A stretch of DNA of 64,000 nucleotides from Tricharina praecox (Eukaryota): assembly GCF_024521635.1 (NCBI RefSeq), contig NW_026250435.1:248001-312000 (forward strand), read 5' to 3'. The position numbers were made by a program, and so were the translations under genes. The notes below the pieces were generated by a model, which had not been told where the DNA came from, did not search any database, and saw only the letters and a program-made list of their open reading frames with translations. This document shows positions 51,977 through 64,000 of this stretch, piece by piece. Every line of letters begins with the position of its first letter. Position 1 is the stretch's first letter.

Positions 51977-53137
51977 TCAGATCATTCCCTTGTTGACTTG
52001 CTCAGTTCGCTCCTCCCAAATGGTTTTACCCGAGCACGCACACACCTGCTGCAAGTCAGCCGTCATCCAGTCACAACAAAAACACCAACAACAGCAGGAG
52101 CAGCGGCAGCGGCAACCACAACAGAACAATAGAGACTACGGAGAGGTCTCGGGTGTGCATCCGGTGAAAAAGCCAAGCCATTCCCCTCTCGCCCCCTCCC
52201 CTCCCCTCGCCCCGCTTCCTGCATAGGGCAGCAGAACTATTCACACGTACCGTCTTCTCATTTTCCCAAACACCCGCGCTTCTCGCGATGACGCCACACA
52301 GCGTATCGGGGTCGTTAGTGGCAAACCCACTCTCCTTCTTCGAGACGACCAGACTTCTCCCGATCAACTCCCAGATCTCTACCGGACGAGTGAGGAAAAC
52401 GCTTCCGGCGCCGGATTCGTCGACCTCGAACTCGCCAAACCGACCGCGGGGCTCTTCCTTTTCTCCCGTGGCGGTTCCCCGCCATACCGCACCCGTCGAC
52501 GCTGCCCCTTGGGATATATCCCCGTTCTCCCGCACGCTGGCGTAGTATCGGCCCGGTGAACAGCCATACACGCTCAGGTCAACGATCGAGAGCTTCGGCG
52601 ACACCTGGATCATCCGCGCGAGGCCGCGCACGGGATTGGCGACCTTCGCGTGCGTCTCAAGAATTGAAACGGCGGCACCTGTCCATACATCAACCCCGGA
52701 CGATCCTTGCTCTCTCTCTCCTGGTGAGATGTTCACCTTGTTTCCCACTGCCCCGTAGAATCGCCGTTCTGCCGGTGGACTGGATCGCTCGCACGATCTC
52801 CGAGGGCGCAACTGCGTATAAGTGTCAGAACATATCCTCTTCACTTCTTGAGGTATCATACTGGTCCCCGAGATCTGAACCAGCTGCTCCTTGAGCTTTA
52901 CGTCCACGTTGATGATGCCTAGCAGCGAGTGATCAGTCGTGCGTCACTATCCGAACACTCTGTAGGAGTTACCGGGTAGCTCATGGAGTGAGCCGGATAC
53001 GGCTTGAACGCAGGACTCGCATTTGAGAGGGACAGCGAACAATGTCTGAGCCGAAGGTATCAGTCTCCGTCTCAATCCGAGTCCGGGCCGACGCAGAGGC
53101 AGACGAAACTCACCTCGAAGGGTTCTGGTTGAGTCAT
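51977..53137 (-). CDS. CCS1: Copper chaperone for Cu/Zn superoxide dismutase, multi-exon
   Basis: HMA domain TLFAVPLKCESC, SOD-like domain VRGLARMIQV..GDISQGAASTG..LIGRS, then GVIARSAGVWENEKT|VCACSGKTIWEER (CXC). Confidence 0.92.
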
Positions 53138-53581
53138 GGTTGGCGGTTGTCACTTCGCTCGCGGTTGCACGTAGAAAGTAAAGTAAAAGGAACACTCGTA
53201 GTAGCAGTACGGTATGTAGGAGATTCACGGCAGATATAGTAATCCCTCTCCCTCTGTTCTCTCTCTCTCTCTTGTCCGGACGTACGCGTGATTTCAAAGC
53301 AAGCAAGCAAATGTCCGTTCGTTCGATGGTGGGGGTGGGGGGGGGGTGCTATGAAACCTGCTAGACCAGGAAACAACCTTGCTTGCACAACCCCGCCGGC
53401 CCGCCGGGTAACCCCACCTACAAACCCACCATCAGTGGGCTTCACGATCGCGCAACACCACCAGCCAGCCAGCGCAACACCACCACCACAGTCTACAGGA
53501 CACACCTCCCACCGCCTCCGCCACCTCCACCGCCTCCGCCCTCTCCAACGCCGCTGCCGCAGCAGCCAGCCAGCTAGCACA

Positions 53582-54247
53582 ATGTCACAAAACATCGGAC
53601 GGGTCAGTGTTCCCTTGGGGGCGCTTCCAATCCCTCGCACGCTGACAGCTCTTACCAGACCTCACTCGCCTACTCGCGCTCCTGGCACCTAATCGACATG
53701 GCGGGGGACTCACGGTCGCTGGGACGAGTAGCGACGAGTATCGCGATCACGCTGATGGGCAAGCACAAGCCGATCTACGACCCGTCGACGGACTGCGGAG
53801 ACTACGTTGTCGCCGTGGGCTGCCACGACCTGCACACCACCGGGAAAAAGCGCGAGAAGAAGAAGTACTACAGCCATTCCATGCGTCCCGGTCGCCTCCA
53901 GGAAATCACAATGGATCGCATGATGGCGAAGTATGGTGGTGCCGAGGTCCTGAGGAGGGCCGTGTCCGGCATGCTGCCGAAGAATCGTCTGAGGGATGTG
54001 AGGCTCGCGAGGTTAAAAGGTTGGTGCTCCGGGGAGCGGGGAGCTCCGGGGAGCGGGGGATGAGGCGTGGATGCTGATAAACCGAGCAGCGTTCGAGGGC
54101 CCCGGTCACCCGTACAAGGAAAACATCGTCAAGCTGAACGATGCGACGGTTCGTGCGGTTGCGGAGGCGTCATCGAAGGCGTCGGAAACGCCGGTCATGG
54201 ATGCGGTCAAGGCGGAGCGGGCGGGTAAGGATCAGGCGTGGCTGTAG
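53582..54247 (+). CDS. MRPL23: Mitochondrial ribosomal protein uL13m, 3 exons
   Basis: MSQNIGR|TSLAYSRSWHLID..LGRVATSIAITLMGKHKPIYDPSTDCGDYVV..AVSGMLPKNRLR..RLK|AFEGPGHPY. Confidence 0.92.
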
Positions 54248-55438
54248 GTGTGCGGCGGCAGCGGCAGCGCGCGAGGGAAAGGTGTACAAAGCCAGATGTA
54301 TATTACAGGTAGAATGGGGCACAAAAGCTAGATATTTTTTTTTGCTTTGCTGCAAGAGGAGAGGAGAGCGCCTGATGAGATTCGCATGAGCTGTCCACAG
54401 AGCATATTGAAGTCTGGGCGGCAATCACGATTGCTGCAGAGAATAGGTACCTCTGGCAAGTCGCACTGTGTCGTGTCGTTGGCTCAGTTCCTTCTAACCA
54501 ACCCAACCAATCTGAATGACGGGTGGGCGACAACAACATCCCTCATCACTCGCAAACCCCCAGCCTAGTCTTGTCCATTCTGAGTCACTCGAGTCCGCAA
54601 GTCCTGAGCATTCGTCGGATATGTAACATAGCACCTACTGCTACAAAGCGAGTATGTAATACCTGAGTAGCCATTAGAATTAGTGGGGAAGGGGAGCTTC
54701 ATTGCCCCACCACACGTACATACCGTACCTATCATTGCCACAAAGAAGCAGAAGCAGAAGCAACGGTGAGTGTGTAATCCCGGCGAGACCCCTCCCACCT
54801 CCCACCTCGGAATAGACCGACAGACAGGCAGACCGACCAGGCTCGGGAAAGACGGAACGATTGCGCCGTTTTGGCCGGTAGAATACGAGTCACGTAATAC
54901 CTACCGGTACTCATCTTCGATGGAGTAGGCAGCTCCAAGAAACCTACCTACCTTGGTACGATAGTATGTAGAAACTTCTATTCCCAACCGCCTCCCATTT
55001 CCCCCGGTCCTCCGGTTCTCACACCATTGCTCACGAGAGTGTTTTGTCAAAATTCTCCTACATGCCATATACCCGCGGAAGTACTTTTCACAGGGCTGGT
55101 GTCCCACGCCTTCCGGCGCCACTATCGACAGCGGCGGCGGAGTTCTCCGACTCCCTCGTTCACACGGGAGATCGACTGATAAGGGCTCGCTAATCGGCCT
55201 TCTCCGAGCAGCCAGTGGGATCATATGTACACCATAGAGTTGTTTGCCAAAAGTTGGTAATAGAGTACAGTACAATGTATGAGTAAACAAACAAAACAAA
55301 ACGAGGAAACCACTATTATAGAACACACGTACATATCCCAAACCAAAATCAAAATTCTAGGTACATGGCCGAAGAGAAACAAAACACCCGAAAAGAAAAA
55401 GAAAACGCGATCTAGGTAGTTAGGGGCTGTACATAAAT

Positions 55439-56618
55439 TTACAACTTCGACTTGGGAGTCAGGCTTGCCCGCGAGACGGTGCACTTGATGAGGCCGTTGG
55501 GGCTGGATTGCGGTGCGTACACCTCGGCGTTCTTGCCGGTGTTCTGGAGTCCCTTGTGCCACGACATGTCTGTTCATCCATGGGCTATTAGTGCCTTTTC
55601 ATAGTAGCGGACGGGAAGGGAAGGGAAGTGGGAGATAGAGACTCACCGATTTCGAAGTAGTGCTTGTTAGGGAGGTTGTACGAGACGTGCTCGACCAGTG
55701 GCACGGCGGCCAGGATCTGCTCGCTCATCTTGTACATGGTGGCCTGAACAGACGCGGAGAAGTCCTTTGCGAAAGTGTCCATGGTGATCTGTCTCGCGGC
55801 CTCCCACGCGGCGTCGAACGCGGGAATGACAGCCCGAACTGCGGCAACGTCGGGGAATACCTTCCAGTCCCAGGCGGCGTCGACATCGGTGCTCAGGATT
55901 CGGTCCGAGACCTCTTTGAGGGTGGTGTATTCATCGCGGACGAAACCGTGGAAGGCGGAGCCGGTGCTCTTGAGGACGGTGAGACCCTGGATACCAGACT
56001 TGATCGAGATGCCGGCATTGCGCTTGAAGTAAACTTCTACGTTGCGGGTCTCGGTGCCGTCTCGGAAGAAGGAGTGGGGGTGCGGCTTGCCGTCGACGAC
56101 CATGCGCGTCCAGCGGTGCGTGATGATCTTGACGTGTACTGCGTGGATATGGGCGTATTCGGCAGGGAAGTGGGTAGCAAGGATGGAGCCAAAGAGTTCA
56201 GGAGGTGTGACGGGGTTTTGCTTGGCCAGAACTGGTGTTTGTCAGTCACCGTGGAGCTCCATGGAGCTTCGCGCAGCTTGGGGTACGGTCTAACTCACGA
56301 TAGATGGTGTTCTTGACCGAGTCGGTGGCCACAACAACGCTGTTGTCGGCACGGGTGTAGCTGGGGGAAGTTCGTCAGCCGGGTACGCGTGTTGCGGAAT
56401 AACGCGGTACGTACGAAGATTGAATGTCTCCCTCCAAAAGAACGCAGACGGTAGTCTCGTTCACCGTCTGGACACCAGTCTTCTCATCGCGGTGAACTTT
56501 GTAGAGACGGACGTTGTCCTACGGATTGATGTTAGCCCGGGGAGACGCGTAGGACGATGCGGCGCAAAGGAGATGCAGTGTGTACCTTTCCGTAACGAGC
56601 AGCAGAAACAGTGGCCAT
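55439..56618 (-). CDS. uaZ: Uricase (urate oxidase), peroxisomal (PTS1 SKL), 5 exons
   Basis: ARYGK|DNVR, YTRADNSVVVATDSVKNT, LTVLKSTGSAFHGFVRDEYTTL, SASVQATMY, LPNKHYF and NGLIKCTV..SKL*. Confidence 0.95.
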
Positions 56619-57161
56619 GTTGATATTGATGATGAGATATTCTCGAGAGTTTGGATATGTGCTGAGTGCTTTATCGAGTATTGGATAGCTTGCTTGTGAG
56701 TGAAAGGTCCTTAGAGCTGTGGATGTGCTTGTGTTGTGAGAGCTAGGGGGAAGACCGGTCCCTTTTAAAGACTTATCGGACCGATAGAGCTATCTCCGTT
56801 CAAGGTCCTCGCTCGGATGATCGGTACCTCTCCCTGGCGGGCACCTTCGCCATGCCATTTTCGTGTCCATCTGCTATACTGTTTCTTAGATGCTGCATTG
56901 CTTGTTCGGTTGGGGAGAGCCGGAGCATGGAGAACGTGTGGTTTGTCGTACGAGGATGGCGCGAACACTCGAGAGCTCCAACGGGACACGGAGCTCACCG
57001 ATGCCTGGCAGCTCAACAACCGACCCAAAGCGAGATGTCATAGCTAGTCCTGCGTCCTCCGCGCTTACCAAATGGCTGACCCATTGGCTCGGGAGTAGGC
57101 CGAAGAGATGTTGTAGGTACCATACAACCACACAGGGCGGCAGGCGGCATATTGTCTGCCT

Positions 57162-57175
57162 TCGGGTCCCTCCGT
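57162..57175. promoter_or_regulatory. UaY/Ppr1-like CGG-N6-CCG site upstream of uricase
   Basis: TCGG-GTCCCT-CCGT about 545 nt upstream of the ATG, with several GATA sites between about 56770 and 57390. Confidence 0.4.
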
Positions 57176-59840
57176 GCGGCTGCGCACTCTGGCGAGAAAA
57201 GTTCTGTCAACACAGCACTAGGCCCAGATCACGGGCGAAAGCTTGCAGTAATTATTCTGTCATGTATCTGTCGCCGTGCTCGCTGAAGGTTTCGGGTGAT
57301 CCCTATACTCCATTTACTTATCTATTCAACCGGCGTTCGGCGGGTGGTTTTTCTCCTGGAGGCAAAGGCTTTTCGTCAGTTATCTGAATACCGGTATCTC
57401 AGCGCCACTTTACGCCCTGTCTTCGGTGATCTTACTACCTATTGTATAGGTACACACCGTGCTGTCAATGATTTCGCCCATCGAACACGTACATAAATCT
57501 ACATAAGATCCATCAAGAGCTCTGTAGGATTCAAGAGAAATACAACTTTATACTTTATGATTAGGCCGAAGCAGTCTACTTACGGTACCAAAAAAACGGG
57601 AAATGTTTAGCCCTCCGACGAATCGTCTGGAAAACGGCATTACACTGTCACCGATTTTATGTATGTACCTCGGTTTCTGTCACTGTACATTGGACTGCCT
57701 TCTGGCCATGATATCATCCACTGCGATATCGAGTGATAGAGGCGTAACGACAACGGTGACGGAAGAACTGCAGAATAGCTTCACACTGGCATCCCCCGCG
57801 AAAGAGCATAATCCTCGGCGGCAACATCCGTAGCAGCTCCCTCAGCAGTAGCCAGCTAATTCCACCAGCAACATTTTGCATTGTCCATCACTGGACCCGA
57901 ACAGTCATCGACACGGCCACGTTTCTTTCTAGACCGTGCTGATAAACGGTTTCCGCGCGGCTAATATCGTAAGCTTTTTCAGTTCTTTAACCGGACGAAG
58001 AAGACTTTGAGGACGTAGAATATATGATATGGTGGCTGCGGCCAACAAGGCCATTTCTGTCAGTTAGTTACGGGTACATACCTCTGCAATGGGAAGTTCG
58101 AATCTCTGCATGCAACAGCCGATACAACCAAAAACAACGTTGCTACTGAATACCTAGACAAATAGATAGACATGAAAATTCCACACACGCTGGCCAGAGC
58201 ACAATCGTTCCTTGTATGTATGCATCTGTCAAACGAGTGTCCCTCGCGATATACCTGGATTCTCATTGCCGTCAATTCGGAGATCCTCCCGTGAGGACTG
58301 ATGTCAGGTGGCTGACTGTTCGAGCTCTCGGACCGTCCTATAGAACTGGATGACGAATACTGTCGGCAAGGGGCAGTAAGTTTGGAACGCATAACGATTC
58401 ACTATGAGTCGAGCGGATCAGTAACCAATCCTTTTGAATTCGTTGCACTCGAGCATAATCTCTAGTCGATTCTTATATGTAAACATCCACGATTTCATTT
58501 CATTGGAGAATTTCACACCAAAACTGGACCGTGTATCCATGACCGGTGCCATGAACTTCTCCCGTATGTACCAGAGACAGCCGATACGTCGTGCCTCACC
58601 ACCATTACGAATCATAAGCGCAAGGTGAGGCACCACTTACCCTTACATCTGAGTAGATAACTCCCTCGCTCCCTCGCTCCCTTGCCCCTCAGTCCTCTTC
58701 TCTCCTGCCGGCTGGTGGCTGGCCTGTATTTGGACCGGCAAAAAGATGGGCCTCCACAAACCGCAGGCATCGTACGACCCAACTTTCCTATAGCTTTATG
58801 CATATCGGAAAGAGTTGGGTCTCGTATCTAGCTTCTCTAGCAGTAACCCCTAGGGTAGATAGCTGCCAGAGCTAGGCAGATCGTGACAGGGCAGAACGGG
58901 ACGATTCTACCAGGTATTCCCGAAAACCCTCACAACAGAACAAAACACAAAACCTCAAAGTTTCCATATTGATTTTGATTGGCTGGTTCGATTCGGAGAC
59001 GGAGGAGAGTCGAGAGTTACGAACTCGATCAATCTAAACTATCGAAGCGGCTTAGCAACTCATTGGACATCACTCTAGTTACCGTGTTCGGCCTAGCGCG
59101 TTCTTTCTGGCAAATAGAACGCCATCTTCTGACGGGCCGCGGACAGTTAATCTCTGCCTCCAAAGTATCTGTCCCAAACGCTATTTACTCTAGTAGTATC
59201 GGCATCATAGAAGTGACAGGCGATCAAAACGTGTGCTCTGGAGTCTATTTACTCCAATTTTAAGGTGAGCTATATCTACTCTATAGCGGGGTTAGCCGAC
59301 CATACCTTGTAACTCTTCTCAGAGAGGTGCCCTCTATGCTCGCAGGTACTTTGTAAGTTTCTCCGTTCAAACCAGCAATACCTATAAAGTTGTCTGTTCT
59401 CCGGACTGTGAAGTGGCTGCATCGGGCATCGAGCGAGAAAAAAACGGTGTTGCTGGCTGTAGATCAAGCTCGTGGCCCGTCTTGTGTAGAGTAGAGAGCT
59501 GGTGCAACACATGCCGACTCGTCACGAATACGTTACACAAAGACCTTCGACCCAACTCAACCTAATTTACAAGCTTACCCTCCCCCCGCGTTTCCAGATC
59601 ATCACGACACTCCTCCCCACCAACACCACCCACAGCCCCCATTTCCGACTTGACGCATACCCTCGTGTCCGCCTCCGGTCCCCGCGTCCTATCGTCCGTC
59701 CCACGAAGCTCATTCGCCACCCAATTCGATCCTCGCGCCATCATTCCACCCACACGCTCACCACAGATCCATGATCAGTGACCTTTGAGGACAGCTCGAT
59801 TTCCCGCCCGGTTTAGCTCTGTTGATGGCAGCCTCGGAAC

Positions 59841-62800
59841 ATGCCCAACGCTTCGACCACTTCCCCGAAAGCATACCCGGCGGTATCACGCGTTCGAGGT
59901 GGTAGCGGCAGCAGTGCGCATCTCGCGGCGCCCAGAAACAATGGTACCAGCACCAGTTTAGGTCCGCCGATGACGGGAGCTATAGGAGTGGCCATGTCCG
60001 GCCCATCGAATCCAAACGGTCCGGGGGGATTTAGCTCCAGCTTGCGGAGCACCACGACAACACTCACGACACCGCACACGCTTGTGAACGACTTCAACCC
60101 CCTTAGTCCTGTTTCAAGCGAGGCCCTAGTGGAAGAGCTTACAGACCAACTCAACAAAGCTATCAAATACAAAGAAGGTGCCGAGAACTTACTACAGGTC
60201 CTCGACTCGAAGAAAGTCAAGGAGGCAAAGCGCGCGAGGAATGAGGCGGAGAAGGAATACAATGAGAGGAATCGCGAGATCACACAGCTACAGAGTCAGA
60301 TTGCGGCCATCACAAAACCCCGGGAAACACCGATACTACCGCGGGTCATCGAGACGCTCCTGGATCTACCCAACCAACCTCCTGCCTCGAACGGCGGAGG
60401 TTCAGATGTTTCGGAGACGGAGTCACCTACGGTCTCGTTGACGGATGTCTTGCGCGATCTAGAGGAGAAGGGAAATAGAAACGAATTTTACATCTCGAGG
60501 GCGAATCAGTTGGTTCTACTCTTCAAGCGACATCCGAACCTCAAGTACGAACTCAATTGGGAGACATTCGGGCACCGGTTGCATTCGCTGCTACTGCACG
60601 AAAGCAAAGACGTCATTGCTGCTGGCTACCGCGTCACTCGAGCCGCCCTGACGGACTTGCAGTCGCTGAAGACCACACGGCGACTCCACATTGACCATCT
60701 GGCTGTATTGTCGCTGGTATCGAGATCTACCGTGGAACGTGAACAGGCCCTGAAGTTCGTGAGAGCATTTCTGGAGATACCGGGAGGCGTGGGGGAGATA
60801 TCACGCGAAGTCGTGAGAGCTATAGTGGCATGTGCGGAGCAAGTAGACGACCGGTTGCGAGGAATTGCCATGGAGACACTGGCCGAAATGTTGGTCCTTG
60901 ACCCGGAACTCGTGGTCTCGGCCGGCGGAGTGAGGGTATTGACCCAAGTTCTCGGCGAAGGTCCCTGGGAGATCGCCGACTCTCTGAGTTTAGCATTCCT
61001 GTACCTGCTTGATATGCCCGATACACGGAAGTATGTGCGGGCTGGTCATGATCTAGAGGTACGCTGGGCTTGACCTGCTGTATTTGTGAAGTCATTCTCA
61101 TGTGGTGGTGGTGTAGATTGTGTTCTCGACCTTTACCGATTCCAGTACTTTGGGTCCGAAAACACATTCCGACGAGGAGAGATTAAGGTCGGCAGCGAAA
61201 GTGATCAGTAGTATGCTGAAGTCGTGGTCAGGTGAGGGAACACGTTCCACATCCAGGGCTCGGCGTCTGCTAACAAGGTCCAGGGCTTTTGTGTTTGTCC
61301 ATGTTTGAAATGCGCTCTTTACGGTCGTTAGTTGATTCATTGCGTATACCTTCTTCTGGCGTTCGGGTAAGAAGGCCGACCTCATCTTAGGGAGTGGTTC
61401 GGATGCTAAAGTTCTCAAGGACGTGATTCTGGAGTTATTTTTTGACATTTTCCGCATAAAGCCTCCTTCCTGGTCGACAACCTTTCTCGCTGGGAGAAGA
61501 CTTACCAGTATGGCTCTCTCCTATCAATCTGCGAGATTCACTAACGACTTGAAGCATATGGCCGTGTGGCCAATCTCAAGAATGACGAATCTTCAAGAAA
61601 ACCAGGCAAACAAGACAATTCATCCCAGGGCAACCTGGTGAAGCACTACACATCACTCCTACTGGCCGTTTTCTTTGACGCTGGTCTGCTTGAGGTATAT
61701 ACCATTGCCCTTGCCCTTGCTGTGCTGACATGATATAAAGGTCTTGACCTCCATCGTTGAGGACAACAGTGACCCCACAATAGTCCGCAAAACTACCCTC
61801 CTGTTGGGCGAAGTATTGAAACTGGCGAGCCAGCTGCTCCCTAGCAACTACAGTGCACGGATGCAGCTTCTGCCGGGCCTATTTTCGTCGGCCTCCAAGT
61901 TCGGGCTTGACGGACGTTTCTCGGCGTCTGCGGCAGTCTACCAGATCGACAGCCTCAACCGGACACTTCATCGTTCCTTGTCGGCCAGCACACCCCATCG
62001 GATTGCTCTGGAAGAGGAGAAAAGGGGACAACGGCAGGTGGAATTGAAGCTGAAGTTGAACATGACCATTGATGACCGACACTTCTCCAATCTGATTGTT
62101 GACACCGGGGTATGTTACCAGCCATCTTGCCCGAAAGCCTGCTAACAAATGTAGGTGTTAAATACTAAGAGTTACATCAAGTGGAACTGGGATGCCCTGA
62201 ATGAAATCATTCAGGGACCCCTTCTCAATCCTAAGAGGTTGGAGGAAGCCATCAAAGTCACTAAGTTCATGAAACGGCTTCTGTCATTCTACCGTCCGTT
62301 TAAGTACCGGTTCAGTGAGATCAAGAATACGAAGCCGAATCAGAGATACGTCAAGACAGGTTGTGCGCTTTTCCGTACCCTCCTACAAACCAGCCAAGGC
62401 GTTCTTTTTCTAGCAGAACATAAGATATTACGGCAGATAGCGGAATGTCTAGCACAATTGGACAAGGTAAGAATCTTGACTGGTTGAGAAATTGCATTGT
62501 TGACTATTTAGATGAGCGGAATTGTCTCTCCCGAACCGTTATTCTCGGCTCATCGCTTGACCGATACCCTCAGTCGTGGGTACTTCTCTATGCTGGGAAC
62601 CTTGAGTAGTGATGCGAAAGGACTCGCGTGAGTGGCATGCCATCCGGTAGCAATTGGGGCTAAGCTAACATACACACAGCATGATGGAGCGGTGGCGCAT
62701 GTTCAACATGTTTTACCACATCAGCGACCTCCAGGATCGGCCCGACTTGCTAGAGTTGTTTGTTTCTACCATGGATTTCTCCTTGTAAGTGTCATCTTCG

Positions 62801-64000
62801 TGTAACCAAGTCAGAACTGACCGTTCCAGGGAGGGCCACCCTCGCATCATCCTGTCAAAGGCATTGACAACAGGCCCCAAGGTAAGAAGGGAACTTCCGG
62901 ATGACTGTTCGAAGCTGATAGCCTGGTCCAGAGCGTCCGCTTATTCGCAACGAACCATCTTCGGAACCTGACATCGCCGGACGATCCGGACAAGGTTGCC
63001 ACCGTCAGGAGCAACGAGACTGCAGAATGGGCAATACGCTTACTCATAACCCAACTTTACGATCCCGACGTGGAAGTATGTGAAACCGCGGTGAGGATAT
63101 TGGAAGAAGCTTGCAACACGACACACAGCCTCGAGTACGTAGTGAAATGTCGACCGGCATTGGATCACCTTGGTGAGATAGGTGCACCGTTACTGTTGCG
63201 GTTCTTATCGACATCAGTAGGGTACCATTACTTGAACGAACTGGACTACATACACCGTGAGATGGACGACTGGTTTCATGTGAGTACCCAATAACTGCAT
63301 CGGAACCGGGCTGATGGACGAAGGGACGAAACGACTCGTACGTGCTGGCGGTAGAGGCCTCGTTAGCTCGTGCCTTTGCCGATGATGAGCCAGTGAAGAA
63401 AGGTGTCAACACGATGGACCGCGACATGCTGGGGACAGTGCCGCCGCATTTCTACCGTGAACTGGCACGGACTAGCGAGGGCTGCAAGTTGCTCCGAGAG
63501 AAAGGCCACTTCGAAGACTTTGCGCGGTTTATACAGCAGTTCGGACAAGAGCATGCAGACCCCGAGATTGTTACGAAAATCAAAGGATGTTTGTGGGCGG
63601 TCGGTAACATTGGATCGATGCCTCTTGGGGCTCCGTTCCTCGACGAAGCGGATATTGTCGGACCGATAATCATGATTGCGGAGACATCGCAGGTGCTGAC
63701 GCTCAAGGGAACGGCTTTCTTCGTGCTGGGTCTGATAGCGAAGACGATGCAAGGATTGGAGATCCTGCTGGAACATGGTTGGGATGGATCGACGTCAACG
63801 ATGGGAGAAACACTAGGCTTCTGCGTGCCAATAGACTTGCGACGGTTGCTCTCGGTGGGTTCTCCCTTGTGCATTATCTATGCGTCTATTTCTTTTGGCA
63901 CCCATGAGACAGCAGTCTCGTGCTGCACTCTCTGCACTCTCTGCACTCTTGGATCCATTCCTTTCGCTGTTACATACATCTGACCCGGATATTGCCGTTC
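59841..64000 (+). CDS. AVO3: TORC2 subunit Rictor (Avo3/Ste20/pianissimo), multi-exon, truncated by the window end
   Basis: HR1-like KYKEGAENLL, EREQALKFVR, WNWD..IIQGPLLNPKRLEE, KFMKRLLSFYRP, QLYDPDVEV, PPHFYRELART and KGCLWAVGNIGS. Confidence 0.93.

Overview
Intron-containing, gene-dense segment of a filamentous ascomycete genome. Short GT-AG introns with CTRAC branch points and fungal orthologues support this; a Pezizomycete source is a guess. Recognisable genes in order: ETR1/MECR, MCP1-like, a small C2H2 zinc-finger protein, DID2/VPS46, a secreted tyrosinase-like di-copper protein, importin NMD5-like, CSM3/Swi3, SKI2, a secreted cyclase-family protein, complex I 21-kDa subunit (NUXM), MED17/SRB4, noxR, CCS1, mitochondrial uL13, uricase and the 5' part of Rictor/AVO3. 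Gene-poor stretches carry LINE 3' remnants, a MITE-like hairpin, tRNA-derived relics and microsatellites. The top observation, invisible in the ORF track, is a spliced 51-codon gene at 7504-7748 ending in a CAAX box (CIIM*), a candidate a-factor-type lipopeptide pheromone precursor. Also notable are a frameshift inside SKI2, a 68-aa MGCxxS-type lipid-anchored microprotein candidate, and an orphan multi-intron minus-strand unit with a tandemly duplicated intron. All identifications come from motif recognition by eye; no database searches were run.
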